Below, in pieces: positions 53,343 to 64,000 of a stretch of DNA of 64,000 nt (position 1 is its first letter; the number at the start of each line of letters is the position of its first letter). The position numbers were made by a program, and so were the translations under genes. This DNA is from an uncultured Acidobacteriota bacterium (GTDB lineage: Bacteria; Acidobacteriota; Thermoanaerobaculia; UBA5066). The notes beneath the pieces were generated by a model, which was not told the origin of the DNA, ran no database searches, and worked only from the letters and a program-made list of their open reading frames with translations. The stretch spans positions 1,184,001 through 1,248,000 of the forward strand of contig CAVZYA010000001.1 of NCBI GenBank assembly GCA_963779415.1, read 5' to 3'.

Positions 53343-54437
53343 CTACTCCGCCCCGTCAACGGAAGGCGGCCGGTCCGGACGGGCCCAGATTCCGGGCACC
53401 GCCTCGCCGCAGGCATGACATCCGCCGGCGGCCGTCACCGTGCAGCGGACGACCTGGAATCCGCGCCTCTCCACGAGGACCGTCCCGCAGCCGGGACAGC
53501 GCGTCTCCTCCCACTCGCCGACGCGTCCGGGGAGGTTCCCGGCGTAGACGAAGCGGAGTCCGGCCTCTCTTCCGATCTCCGCGGCCTTGAGGAGCATCCG
53601 CGGAGAAGTCGAGCCGAACCCGCCTTGCCGATAGTCGTCGTGGTAGGCCGTCACGTGCCACGGAATGTCGCGGTCGAGGCGCGCGAGGAACTGCGCCGCG
53701 TCCCGCAGCTCCTCCTCCGAGTCGTTCAGCCCCGGGACGACGAGCGTCACGACCTCCACCCAGAATCCGCGTTTCTTCAGCCCCTCGAGAGTCGCGAGGA
53801 CCGTCGCGAGCTTTCCACCCAGCTTCCGGTACCCCTCTTCGCGCATCCCCTTGAGGTCGACCTTGAACGCATCGACCCATGGCCGGAGGTAGTCGAGCAC
53901 TTCCGGCGTTCCGTTCCCGTTGGAGACGTACCCGGTCATCAACCCGGCGGCCCGGGCGGCCCGGAAGATCGCCACGGCCCATTCCGACGTGATGAGGGGC
54001 TCGTTGTAGGTCGACGTGACGATCGTCGAGCCCGATCGCCGGGCGAGGTCGATCAGCTCCGCGATCTCGACGGGTCGTGCGTCGACGAGCCCGTCGCTCT
54101 CCGGATCCCGGTGCACCTGGCTGATCTCCCAGTTCTGGCAGAACGGGCATTTGTAGTCGCACCCGAGCATTCCGAAGGAGAGCGCCCGCGCGCCCGGCGT
54201 GACGTGATAGAAGGGTTTCTTCTCGATCGGGTCGACGTTCAGGGCGCCGACGTAGCCCCACGGCACGCGGAGAGTCCCTTCCCCGACGAAGCGGACGCGG
54301 CAGATCCCCTCGTGTCCTTCTCCGATGAGGCAGCGGTGGCCGCAGGCGACGCACCGGATCTTTCCCTTCTCGCTGAAGAGAAGCTCCCCGGGGCGCGTCA
54401 GCGCCCGGAGCCGCCGTTTGAGGCCCGTCTCCTCCAT
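53343..54437 (-). CDS. amrS: AmmeMemoRadiSam system radical SAM enzyme
   Basis: CVACGHRC...GICRVR, DPIEKKP, GCDYKCPFCQNWEISQ, TYNEP, VYAGN, TRCPGC. Confidence 0.9.
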   Translation of the reverse strand: MEETGLKRRLRALTRPGELLFSEKGKIRCVACGHRCLIGEGHEGICRVRFVGEGTLRVPWGYVGALNVDPIEKKPFYHVTPGARALSFGMLGCDYKCPFCQNWEISQVHRDPESDGLVDARPVEIAELIDLARRSGSTIVTSTYNEPLITSEWAVAIFRAARAAGLMTGYVSNGNGTPEVLDYLRPWVDAFKVDLKGMREEGYRKLGGKLATVLATLEGLKKRGFWVEVVTLVVPGLNDSEEELRDAAQFLARLDRDIPWHVTAYHDDYRQGGFGSTSPRMLLKAAEIGREAGLRFVYAGNLPGRVGEWEETRCPGCGTVLVERRGFQVVRCTVTAAGGCHACGEAVPGIWARPDRPPSVDGAE

Positions 54438-54494
54438 CCCCTTCAATATGGACGCGAAGCGATCCGGCTTCAAGGCGCTTACAATCCACCCTCT

Positions 54495-57103
54495 ATGGGT
54501 TTCCGCCTCAGACGACGTGTGCCGGCTCTCCTCTTCGCTCTCGCGCTTCCCGCCGCGGCGCAGACGCCGACGCCCACTCCGACTCCCACGCCGACCCCTA
54601 CCCCGCAGCCGACCGCGGCGGCCATCACGGCGGGGGTGACGATCCTGAACATGCCGAACAACGCCTTGGTCGTGCCGGCGCCGGCGACGGCGACCTACGA
54701 CTCGGCGAACGTGGTCGTGGACGACGACGGATCGCTCTGGACGGCATCGGGCCCGATGGACGAGATCACGCATCTCTCGTCCGACGGATCGACCATCCGG
54801 AGCTGGATCCACCCCTACGACGTCACCCCGAGCTCTCTCCTGAAGGACGCGGACGGGACCTTCTGGTTCACGGAGCTCGGAGGCTTCAACGTCGGGCACT
54901 TCGACCCCGCGACGGGCCAGTTGACGGAGTGGCCCGACCTGGAACGGCGTCCGACCGCCCTCTACAAGCGTCCGGACGGAAAGTTCTGGCTTCCCGAGAC
55001 CGGCGGCGTCCTGGCCCTGTTCGACCCCGTCGCGAACCTCTACACCTATTTCGCGCCGCCCGTTTACACCCTCTCCTATCCCTGGATCGATTCCGACGGT
55101 TCCGTCTTCACCTGCGACTTCATCAACTACGGGATCGTCAAGTTCTCGCCGGACGGAACGACGTACACCCAATGGGGCCTCCCGACCGATAACTACTACC
55201 AGCCGTCGGTGATCAAACGGATGCCTGACGGCGGCCTCTGGATCTCCTTCTGGGGATCGGGGCAGCTCGGCCGCTTCGACGACGCCACCGGCGAGCTGAA
55301 GATTTACAACCTGAACCTCGGCGCGCATCCCTACGACATCGAGCCTTACCGGGGCCGGATCCTCTTCGGAGAGCAGACGTCGGGAGCGATCGGCTTCTTC
55401 GATCCCTCCGTCGCGACACTCGTCGAGATCGCCGAACTCGCGCCCACGACCGGGTCGACGCTCGTTTCGACCTATGCCTCGATCCCCGTCACCCAGACCC
55501 TCGTGCCGGTCGACACGAACCCGACCAGTTTCCTGACGTCGACCTCGACGGGATCCAGCCTCTCGGGCCAGACCCTGATTCCCACGACGCTGTCCTTTGC
55601 GGTCTGGGGGATTGGCATCGACCAGAGGCGCGCCATGATCTGGTTCAACACGATCGGAGCGATCGGACAGCTCCTCCCCCCGCAACCGGCGAATACCGCG
55701 GACGTCTACGTTCCGGAGGCCCGCTCGGCTCCGGGACCCAACGGTGTCACCTACCAGACCCGGACGGTCGCCTGGAACCGGGGAACTCCCGGTACGGGCG
55801 GCGCCGTCTCGGACATCAGCCCTTCGGAGATCCTTCTTCCGGACGGCTGGATCGCCGGATTCCAGCCGGCCGCAACCGTGACCATCCCGGCGACGCACCT
55901 CGTGGCGCAGGCCGACGTGATCGGGACGGACATGTCCGCGCCCGGAAACGACGGGGCTATCCGGTTCTCGACCTCGAGCGCCTCTACCGACCTCTTCGTC
56001 GCCGCGCGCACCGTAGCGTCCGCGGCCGGCGGCGGGACGTACGGCTGCGCCCAGAACGGAGCGAGCGCGACCGACGCGCTGAATCCCGGCGACACGGGCT
56101 ATCTGATCGTCCCGCCGGGGGACGCCTCGAAGTTCGTCTATGCCGGCGCCGAAATTCTCAATGCGTCGACGGGAACCATTGCGATCTACGACGCCTCGGG
56201 GAACAACCTCGGCACGTACCACTACGATTGGCCGGCCGGATACCAGATCGAAGGGGAGACGATCTGGGACGCTTTCGGGATGCCGCCCGTTCCCGGGGGC
56301 CGCATCGTCTACTCCGTCACGGCGGGAAAAATCTTCCCGTTCGGAATGGCGTTCGATGCGACGACCGGCGATCCGATCACGCTCGACGTGATGAAGCCGG
56401 CGGGCGCCGCAACCACCCAGACGCTTCCCTTCGTCACGCGCGGCGGCGGCCCGCTCGGCCCGACGAGCCAGTCGAGCCTGCAGGTCGCGAACCCCGGGAC
56501 GACGGACGCCTCGGTCTCGTTCTCCTACCGTCCGTCATCTACGGGCGTAGCCCCTCCCTCGAGCCCCGTCCCGCTCCCTCCGGCGACCGTGCCGGCCGGC
56601 CAGGTCGTCGCGCTCCCGGACATTCTCGCCACGGTGGGTCCCGGTCCGCTCATCGGCGCCCTCGACATCTCCTCCGACCAGCCGGTCCATGCCTTCGCGC
56701 GCGTCGTCGGCTCGGTGAGCGGGGGGGATCGTGGGGTCTCGGATCGCCGTCGGCGGCGGCGGTCGCGAGCGGCTCGAAAGCGGTCTTCCTCGACCTCGCG
56801 GAGAACGCGGCGTTCGAGTCGGACCTCGTGGTGATCAATCAGGGCGCCGGGACCGCGAGCGTCACCGTCAACCTTTTCGGAGCGGACGGCAGCACGTCCG
56901 GCTCCACGGTCCTCGCTCTCGCTGCGGGCGAGGTGCGGTTCATACCTTCCGTCTGGCCGCTCCTCGCCGGCGGTTCGACCGACCTCGGCCGGCTCGAGGT
57001 GGTCCCGGCCGACGGCTCGGGCCCGGTGTCGACGACACTCGTCCGCTCCGACCGGCTGACGCTCGACGCGGACGCTCTCGTTCCGTTCGTCCTTCCGAGA
57101 TAG
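54495..57103 (+). CDS. Large secreted protein: Vgb-like beta-propeller plus repeated C-terminal modules (frameshift in the G-run at about 56721-56727)
   Basis: Signal peptide, (TP)n linker, repeated 'DG..WFTE....GHFDPATG.LTEW'; the C-terminal frame continues to TAG 57103. Confidence 0.75.
54564..54614 (+). repeat. Coding (Thr-Pro)n low-complexity repeat
   Basis: ACGCCGACGCCCACTCCGACTCCCACGCCGACCCCTACCCCG... encodes TPTPTPTPTPTPTPQPT. Confidence 0.85.
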
Positions 57104-57124
57104 GGCGCGGGCGGCCCAGCGCCG

Positions 57125-58859
57125 TCAGCGGGAAGAGCCGGGCCCTACCGGGCGCGGTGTCGGCGCCGGCGCAAAGACGACGTCCGGCGCGATGATCCAG
57201 TTGTGGTCCGTGGAGGGCCGAACCCGGCCAGCCGCCTGCAGCTCGTCGAGAAGAACATCCCGGACTTCGAGCGGCACCCGCTTGACGACCTTCGCGTTGC
57301 GGAGAGCCGTGTAGCCGCCGCCCCCCTGCGCGCGATACGAGTTGACCGCGAGAGTGAAGCGGTCCGTCGGCCCGACCGGACGGCCACGGAAGGTGAGGTC
57401 GCGGATCCGCTGCCCGACCGGAGACGTCGGATCGATCCTGTACGAGGCGCCCTCCACGGCGTCGAAGTTGTAGGGGATCATCTTCGGGTTCGGCGTCAGG
57501 ACGAGACGGCCTCCTTCGAACGAGGCCGTCTGGAAGAACTCCGCCGAACGCTCGAGACACGACCGGAGCTGGGCGCCGTCGATCTCCACGACGACGAGCT
57601 GGTTCTCGTAAGGGTAGAGGGCATAGAGGTCCCGAACCGTGACCCGCCCCTTCGGCAGCCCTTCGTAGCGGCCTCCGGGAAGGAGCGACGTCATCGAGAG
57701 ATCCGCGCCCGTCGCCTTGAGCTGGATCCCGTTGATCAGGTCGAGGAGTGCCGTGTCCTCGAGGCGCGCACGCCCGGCCGGGAAGGCCTCCTCCGTCTCG
57801 ACCACGGTGTCGTCGAGCCACGACCGCGCGGCCCGGTCGAACGGGGCTGCGATCCGGGCGATCGCCGGATCCGTCGGAACGGAGGAATCCGTCGGAAGGA
57901 GCAGAAGCGCACGGGAGACGAGCTTCCATCCCGTCCCCGCCTTCTCGAACCCGAGGTCGGCCCGCCCGAGCGCTTCACCCCACCGCCCCGGCTCGAGGAC
58001 GGCGACCCCGAAGAGGACGCCCGACGGGATCTTCCGGTGCGTGTGGCCGCAGAGAATCAGGTCGATCCCCGGAACCTCCCGCGCGAGCGCGACCACCCGG
58101 TTCTCGTTGTCGGTCCCGTCGGGGACGCCGGTCTCCGGATCGGCCTCGAGCCCGCTGTGGATCAGGACGACGACCGCATCGCACCTTTCCTTCCCGCGAA
58201 GGAGAGGAACGAGCCGCTTCGCCGTCGCGACGGGGTCCTCCCAGACGAGGCCGGGGCGGTTCTGCTCGGGCTCCCATCCGGGGATGTTCGGCGTCGTCAG
58301 GCCGAGGATGCCGACGCGAACGCCGCCGACGGACCTGACGAGGTACCTCGCGGAAGGCGGGCGTGCCGTCCTTCGCGTTCCGTGTGTTGGCCGAGAGCCA
58401 CGGGAACGAAGCGTCTCTCTCCGCCTTCCGGAGGACGTCGAGGCCGAAGTTGTACTCGTGGTTTCCGACGGCCATGGCGTCGTACCCCATGGCGTTCATC
58501 GCCCGCATCATCGGGTCCGCGTCGGGCGCGCCCTCTTTCTCGAGGCGGTCGGCGAATTTCGCGCGGCGCGACTGCAGGTATTCGGGGGGCGCTCCTTCGA
58601 TCGTGTCGCCGCCGTCGAGCAGGAGGACGTTCGGGTTCTCCTTCCGGATCGCCGCGACCCTGGTCGCGATCCGGGCGAGACCGACGTCCGAGGGGCGGCT
58701 GCGGAGGTAGTCCCACGGGAGGAGGTTTCCGTGGACGTCGGACGTTTCGAGGATCGTGACGGTGACGGATCCGGGCTCCCCCGCCGACGCAGCGGGGGCG
58801 AGCGAGAGCGCGATCGCGAGAGGAACGGCGAAGCGGCGGAGGAGGCGACGAGGCGACAT
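57125..58859 (-). CDS. Secreted bifunctional metallophosphatase / 5'-nucleotidase, CpdB-like (extra base at about 58347)
   Basis: ETSDVHG, DGGDTIEG, GNHEYNFG, HSG, GHTH, LYPYEN, NSYRAQGGGGY. Confidence 0.9.
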
Positions 58860-58944
58860 GCGGGGCGATTCATACCCCATCTCCGGGGAAACCGACAGGC
58901 CTCGCCTCTATCCTTCCGGCCGGTTCCGGTTATTCTCCCGCCCC

Positions 58945-59616
58945 GTGAAGGAGAGAAAGCCGAGCCGAGCCGCTCCGAAGAAGCCGCCGGCGCCGGCCGG
59001 TGAGACGCTGGCCCGCCTCGCCTCGTCCTATCCGGATGCCGACTGCTCGCTCGGCCACTCCTCCCCCCTCGAGCTCCTCGTGGCGACGATCCTTTCGGCC
59101 CAGTGCACCGACGCGCGCGTCAACCTCGTCACCCCCGGACTTTTCCGCCGTTTTCCCGACGCCCGGTCGATTGCCACCTCTCCGCGCGGCGCCCTCGAGA
59201 AGGTGATCCGCTCCACCGGGTTCTTCAACGCCAAGGCGAAGGCCCTCCGAGGCGCCGCGAGAGCGATCGTCGAGAAGCACGGCGGGGAGGTTCCCCGCAC
59301 CATGGACGCTCTCCGCGCCCTGCCGGGCGTCGGGCGGAAGACCGCGAACGTCGTCCTCGGAAGCGCTTTCGGCGCGCCGGACGGCGTCGTCGTCGACACG
59401 CATGTCGGCCGGCTCGCGCGCCGGCTCGGATGGTCCCGGCATGCCGATCCGGAGAAGGTGGAGCGCGACCTGAACGCCCTCTTCCCCCGGGAGAGGTGGG
59501 TCTTCCTCGGCCATGCGCTGATCCTTCACGGACGCGAGATCTGCGCGGCCCGCAGGCCTCGCTGCGAGACGTGCGTTCTTTCGGATCTTTGCCCGCGGGA
59601 GGGCGTCCCCTCATGA
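58945..59616 (+). CDS. nth: Endonuclease III
   Basis: [29 protein letters not shown]-x6-C-x2-C-x5-C. Confidence 0.96.
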   Translation: MKERKPSRAAPKKPPAPAGETLARLASSYPDADCSLGHSSPLELLVATILSAQCTDARVNLVTPGLFRRFPDARSIATSPRGALEKVIRSTGFFNAKAKALRGAARAIVEKHGGEVPRTMDALRALPGVGRKTANVVLGSAFGAPDGVVVDTHVGRLARRLGWSRHADPEKVERDLNALFPRERWVFLGHALILHGREICAARRPRCETCVLSDLCPREGVPS

Positions 59617-60230
59617 ACCCCGGTCCGCTCGGCTCGATCGAGGTGATCTGCGGATCGATGTTTTCCGGGAAGTCCGAGGAGCTGATCCGGCGGCTGACGC
59701 GCGCGAAGATTGCGCGGAGGCGCGTGCAGGTCTTCAAGCCGAGGATCGACTCGCGCTTCTCCGAGGTGGAGGTCGTCTCACACGGAGGTCTCCGGCTCAC
59801 GGCGCTCGCCGTCAAGAGCTCGGCCGAGGTCCTCGACCGGACCGACGCGCGGACCGAGGTCGTCGGAATCGACGAGGCCCAGTTCTTCGATCCGGGGATC
59901 GTGGACGTCGTCACGCGCCTCGCGGACCTCGGAAAGCGGGTCATCGTGGCCGGCCTCGATCAGGACTATCTGGGGAAGCCCTTCGATCCGATGCCGGCCC
60001 TGATGGCGGAGGCGGAGGAAGTCCTCAAGACGCGAGCCATCTGCGTCCGCTGCGGAGCGCCCGCCAGCCGGACACAGCGGCTCGTGGAGTCGACCGAACG
60101 GGTCGTCGTCGGTGCGGCGGGCCTCTACGAGGCGCGCTGCCGCCGCTGCTTCGAGCCTGGGGTCGCTTCCGTGGAAGAGGAGCTTCCGCTCGGGAACGAC
60201 GCAACCCCTCCGGACGATAGCCAGCCTTGA
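59613..60230 (+). CDS. tdk: Thymidine kinase
   Basis: [34 protein letters not shown]. Confidence 0.96.
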   Translation: MNPGPLGSIEVICGSMFSGKSEELIRRLTRAKIARRRVQVFKPRIDSRFSEVEVVSHGGLRLTALAVKSSAEVLDRTDARTEVVGIDEAQFFDPGIVDVVTRLADLGKRVIVAGLDQDYLGKPFDPMPALMAEAEEVLKTRAICVRCGAPASRTQRLVESTERVVVGAAGLYEARCRRCFEPGVASVEEELPLGNDATPPDDSQP

Positions 60231-60260
60231 CGCGGTCCCCCCGAGGCGAAATCCTCAGGC

Positions 60261-60453
60261 TTTCTGTGAGTTTCCCTGTGACTTTCGCTGTGGGAATCGT
60301 CGGAAGCCACGGATTCACGGGAACTTCATCCGGTTTGCACCGTCCTCTGTGCGTCCGTGGAAGTCTTTTTAATTGCAACAATTACGATTGAACGATTCGT
60401 CTGATCTTCCCGTGAAGCCCGGTTTTTTCGGCCCATTTTCGTTTTACACAGAG
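60261..60453. other. Array of DnaA-box-like motifs around an AT-rich core (candidate oriC or protein-binding locus)
   Basis: CTGTG at 60264/60276/60288 (12-nt period); TTTTACACA at 60442-50; AT-rich core 60364-60400. Confidence 0.4.
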
Positions 60454-60461
60454 CGAAGCCG

Positions 60462-60512
60462 CTTCCAGAGCGGGTTTGAGGCCCCTGAGGCCGCGAAAGG
60501 CGGCTCTGGAAG
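60462..60512. terminator. Stem-loop downstream of the mutase gene
   Basis: CTTCCAGAGC (60462-71) is the perfect reverse complement of GCTCTGGAAG (60503-12). Confidence 0.45.
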
Positions 60513-60547
60513 AGCCTCTTTCTGGGGTGGCCCCCGGAGTCGCGCTG

Positions 60548-62131
60548 CTACAAGGCCCCGGTCTCGTGGTAGTCGCCGAAAACGCCCCGCAGGGACTCGA
60601 CGATCTCACCGAGAGTCACGAGGCCGGCAACCGCGTCCACGATCGGAGGGAGGAGGTTTCGCCCTTCGCGGGCCGCGGTGACGACTCCTTCCCGGAGCCG
60701 GGTGGCCGCCGCCGGGTCCCTCCGGGCGCGGAGCGCCCTCAGGCGGGTCACCTGCTCTTCCTCGACGGACGGGTCGACGGTCAACGTCGGGATCGGCCTC
60801 TCCTCGGCCCGCGTGAACTCATTCACGCCGACGACGATCTGGCTCTTCTCCTCGATGGCGCGCTGCGCGCGGTAGGCAGCCTCCTGGATCTCGCGCTGGT
60901 AGAAGCCCCCTTCGATCGCGGCGAGCGCGCCTCCCATGGAATCGATCCGGGAGATCAGGGCGCCCGCCGCCTCGACGATGGAGGCCGTCAGGGACTCGAT
61001 CGCCCATGATCCGCCGAGCGGGTCGACGACGCGCGCCACGCCCGTCTCGTGCGCGATCACCTGCTGCGTCCGGAGAGCGAGAAGGGCCGACTCTTCGGTC
61101 GGAAGGGCGAGGGCTTCGTCCTTGCCGTTCGTGTGAAGCGACTGCGTCCCGCCGAGAACGGCCGCCAGGGCCTGAATCGCCACACGGACGACGTTCACGT
61201 CGGGCTGCTGCGCCGTGAGCGTCGAGCCCGCCGTCTGCGTGTGGAACCGGAGGACGCGCCCTCGCGGGTCCGCAATCCCGAATCGCTCCTTCGTGATCCG
61301 GTCCCAGAGAGTCCGGGCTGCCCGGAACTTCGCGATCTCCTCCAGGAAGTCATTGTGGACGTTGAAGAAGAACGAGAGGCGCGGCGCGATGGCGGCGGGT
61401 GAGAGGCCGGCGGCCTCGGCGGCCCGGAGGTATTCGATCCCGTCGGCGAGGGTGAACGCGACCTCCTGCACGGCCGTCGAGCCCGCTTCCCGGATGTGAT
61501 AGCCCGAGATGGAGATCGTGTTCCACCGCGGCACCTCGGCCGTGCAGAACGCGAAGATATCCGTCACGAGCCGTAGGGAAGGCTTCGGCGGGAAGGCGTA
61601 GGTCCCCCGCGCGGCGTATTCCTTCAGGATGTCGTTCTGGATCGTCCCGGAGAGCTTCGCCCAGGGGGTGCCACGCCGGCGCGCCACGGCGAGGAGGAGG
61701 GCGAGCAGGATCGAGGCGGTCGAGTTGATTGTCATCGAGATCGACACGCCGTCGAGAGGAATTCCGTCCAGGAGCGTCTCCATGTCCTCCAGCGAGGCGA
61801 TCGGGACGCCCACCTTTCCGACCTCGCCCCGCGCGAGCGGATCATCCGAGTCGTAGCCGATCTGGGTCGGAAGGTCGAAGGCGACCGAAAGCCCCGTCTG
61901 ACCCTGCTCGAGGAGAAAGCGGTACCGGCGATTCGAGTCGCGTGCCGTGGAGAACCCCGCGTACTGACGCATCGTCCAGAGCTTGGTCCTGTACCCGCCC
62001 GGGAGCGCCCCCCGCGTGAACGGAGACTCCCCTGGCCGGCCCGGTTCCCAGCCCTCGGGGACATCTGCCGGACCATAGACCGGCCGGATGGCGAGGCCCG
62101 AGGAGGTGGTGTCGTTCGGCGTCTGGCTCAT
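60548..62131 (-). CDS. Methylmalonyl-CoA mutase family, substrate-binding large subunit (no B12-binding domain)
   Basis: [60 protein letters not shown]. Confidence 0.93.
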   Translation of the reverse strand: MSQTPNDTTSSGLAIRPVYGPADVPEGWEPGRPGESPFTRGALPGGYRTKLWTMRQYAGFSTARDSNRRYRFLLEQGQTGLSVAFDLPTQIGYDSDDPLARGEVGKVGVPIASLEDMETLLDGIPLDGVSISMTINSTASILLALLLAVARRRGTPWAKLSGTIQNDILKEYAARGTYAFPPKPSLRLVTDIFAFCTAEVPRWNTISISGYHIREAGSTAVQEVAFTLADGIEYLRAAEAAGLSPAAIAPRLSFFFNVHNDFLEEIAKFRAARTLWDRITKERFGIADPRGRVLRFHTQTAGSTLTAQQPDVNVVRVAIQALAAVLGGTQSLHTNGKDEALALPTEESALLALRTQQVIAHETGVARVVDPLGGSWAIESLTASIVEAAGALISRIDSMGGALAAIEGGFYQREIQEAAYRAQRAIEEKSQIVVGVNEFTRAEERPIPTLTVDPSVEEEQVTRLRALRARRDPAAATRLREGVVTAAREGRNLLPPIVDAVAGLVTLGEIVESLRGVFGDYHETGAL

Positions 62132-62192
62132 CCCCCCATCCTAAGACAGTCGGAGGGGCTCCGGTCGTGTCAAACTCGAGGATGGAACAGCC

Positions 62193-63629
62193 GTGTCGAA
62201 GACGCTCAGCGGGAACCTGAACACCTTCTCTCTCGCGGACCTTCTCCAGTGGCTCGAGATCAACGCGCTCTCGGGGCGGGTGACTTTGCGCCGCGGCGAT
62301 CTCGCCCGGACGATCGACCTCAAGGAGGGCGCGATCGTCTTCGTGTCGTCCTCTCGCCCTTCGGAGCGCCTCGGCGTCTTTCTCGCAAAGCGCCTTCTCC
62401 TCTCGGAGGCGACGCTCTACGAGCTTCTCGCCGAGAGCTTCGCGACGGGCCGGAACCTGACGCGCCTCATCCTCGAGCGCCAGCTCCTCACCCGCGAGAA
62501 GCTCGCTTCCGCCGTCGAAGCGCTCGCCATCGAGATCCTCTTCGACCTCTTCCGCTGGACGAATGCCGTCTTCGAGTTCGATCCGACCTACCGGATCGAG
62601 GACATGATCCGGATCCATCTCTCTCTGCGCGGTCAGGTCCTCGCCTTCCACGGCGTCAAGTCGCTGGACGAGACGTCGAGAAACATCACCGACTCGTCTG
62701 CCGTCCACGAAGCGGGAGCGCTCTGGGAGCGCGAGTTCCGGCCGGAGGCCGTCGATGCCTCGTTCTGGTCGATGGTCGAGGCGCTCCCCGGCGAGACGCC
62801 CCCCCTCTCCGCCCTTCGTGACGGCTTCGCGGCCTTCCGCCAGTTCGGCGAGAAGATCCACGCGCGGCTCCGGGAGCCGGCCCGCCTCTACCCGGTCTAC
62901 GACGACGTGGCGGCTCTTCTTCGCGCCGCTCTCGTCGAGGGGGGCGATTCGGAGCGCCTCGTCCAGATCTCCGCGCTCGACCCGTTCCTGACGGTGGACC
63001 TCCTCTATCTCGCGAACTCCCTTCGCCCCGATCGGTCGTCGGCGACGGCCTCGGCGCGCGAGGCGGCCGCCGCCATCGGGCCGGAGGCGCTCCGGAGGCT
63101 GGCCGGTCTCCTCGCGGACCCCGCCACCCCGAAGGTCCCGGCCGCCGACCGGATGGAGGGCCTCGTCCGCCAGTCCGCCCTCGCCACCGCCGTGGCCGCG
63201 TCGCACATCCCGTCCGCCGAAGAGTTCAGCCCCGAGGAGGCTTACACCCTCGGGCTCGTCGAGACCCTCGGAAGCTACGATCTCCTCAAGCTGCTGATCA
63301 ACATCCCCTTCCCGCCCGGTCCGATGCGGGCATACGCCCTCGGCCGGTTCCGCGCCGTCTTCGGAAGGATCCTGGCCCGAAAGCTGAGTCTCCCGAGGCA
63401 TCACGAGGACGTCCTTGGAACGACGGGGATCGTGCGAATCCAGAGTTCTTCCTCGGAGCGACTCATCTTCTTCGCAAAGCAGATGATCCTGACGGACCAG
63501 ATCGGACCCGAGTGGACGAGCGAGGATCCCGCGCTCGCGGAGCGTTTCGCGTCGATGACGAAGGATCCGGCCCTCCCGCAGATGATTGCCCGGGATGCCG
63601 ACCGGCTTCGGACCGTCCTGCAGCACTGA
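62193..63629 (+). CDS. DUF4388 (PatA-N-like) plus degenerate HDOD-domain protein
   Basis: 'LSGNL..FSLADLLQWL....SGRV...I....GAIV.......RLG..L...LF.W....FEF'; 'DPFLT..LL.LANS', 'AAAAIG', 'AYTLGLV'. Confidence 0.75.
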   Translation: MSKTLSGNLNTFSLADLLQWLEINALSGRVTLRRGDLARTIDLKEGAIVFVSSSRPSERLGVFLAKRLLLSEATLYELLAESFATGRNLTRLILERQLLTREKLASAVEALAIEILFDLFRWTNAVFEFDPTYRIEDMIRIHLSLRGQVLAFHGVKSLDETSRNITDSSAVHEAGALWEREFRPEAVDASFWSMVEALPGETPPLSALRDGFAAFRQFGEKIHARLREPARLYPVYDDVAALLRAALVEGGDSERLVQISALDPFLTVDLLYLANSLRPDRSSATASAREAAAAIGPEALRRLAGLLADPATPKVPAADRMEGLVRQSALATAVAASHIPSAEEFSPEEAYTLGLVETLGSYDLLKLLINIPFPPGPMRAYALGRFRAVFGRILARKLSLPRHHEDVLGTTGIVRIQSSSSERLIFFAKQMILTDQIGPEWTSEDPALAERFASMTKDPALPQMIARDADRLRTVLQH

Positions 63630-63650
63630 CCCTCCGAAGGGAGCCCCGAG

Positions 63651-64000
63651 ATGAAGCGGATCTCCTGTCGAGACCTCTCTTTCCTGAGCGCCCTGATCGT
63701 TCCTCTCCTCGCCGCGGCCGTCTCCCTCGCTGCCGAACCGCCTCAGACCGGGTGGACCGGCGTCCGAGCCGCCGTCGAGGTCACGGCGCTCGACCTCGAC
63801 GTCGTTGCGACGAAGGACGGAGAGCTCGTCACCGACCTCAAACGGGAGGAGTTCGCCGTGAAGGTCGACGGGAAGCTCTTTCCGCTCGACTACTTCACAC
63901 GCGTCGAGGAGGGAGCGCTCTTCGGCCCTGACCTTTCGAAAGCGTCCCCGGACCTGATCCTCGACAGCATGGCGGGCGAAGCGGGGAAGCGATTCCTCGC
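63651..64000 (+). CDS. Secreted Acidobacterial VWA-related protein, 5' part only
   Basis: Signal peptide then 'VEVTALDLDVVATKDGELVTDLKREEFAVKVDGK...DYF'; open to the window end. Confidence 0.7.
   Translation, partial: MKRISCRDLSFLSALIVPLLAAAVSLAAEPPQTGWTGVRAAVEVTALDLDVVATKDGELVTDLKREEFAVKVDGKLFPLDYFTRVEEGALFGPDLSKASPDLILDSMAGEAGKRFL

Noticed and set aside
60364-60400. dif site
   Set aside because: No match to the XerD arm TTATGTTAAA.
60462-60512. Hammerhead ribozyme (CTGA...GAAA)
   Set aside because: Core reads CTGAGGC, not CTGANGA, and the stem arrangement does not fit.

Overview
Very GC-rich (about 70% by eye) bacterial chromosomal segment. Acidobacteriota, probably Thermoanaerobaculia-like, is inferred from the GWxTD, Acidobacterial VWA-type and DUF4388 proteins. 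About 47 genes, mostly housekeeping: a threonine operon with an embedded PAS-GGDEF-EAL gene, carB, aroC, a complete divergent heme cluster (ccsA-hemACDBL / hemENHY), rho, a RhlB-like helicase, nth, tdk and a methylmalonyl-CoA mutase large subunit. Envelope genes include two tandem pairs of GT-C/O-antigen-ligase-like membrane proteins, a degenerate M23 protein, and two large secreted beta-propeller proteins with a shared C-terminal module. There is one toxin-antitoxin pair. No rRNA, tRNA, CRISPR array, transposase or integrase was recognised. At least nine genes carry single-base frameshifts that look like long-read errors. The most notable signals are: (1) a TANNNT -10 box 6-11 nt before most first-in-operon start codons, implying pervasive leaderless or near-leaderless mRNAs; (2) a ~119-bp imperfect palindrome inside the hemL reading frame, plus related pyrimidine-to-purine YTC(T/C)NNGAR patches in hemC/hemD; (3) an oriC-like array of DnaA-box-like motifs around an AT-rich core between tdk and the mutase gene; (4) a candidate surface-protein glycosylation system; (5) several predicted pseudo-enzymes. 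All calls come from reading motifs by eye; no searches were run.
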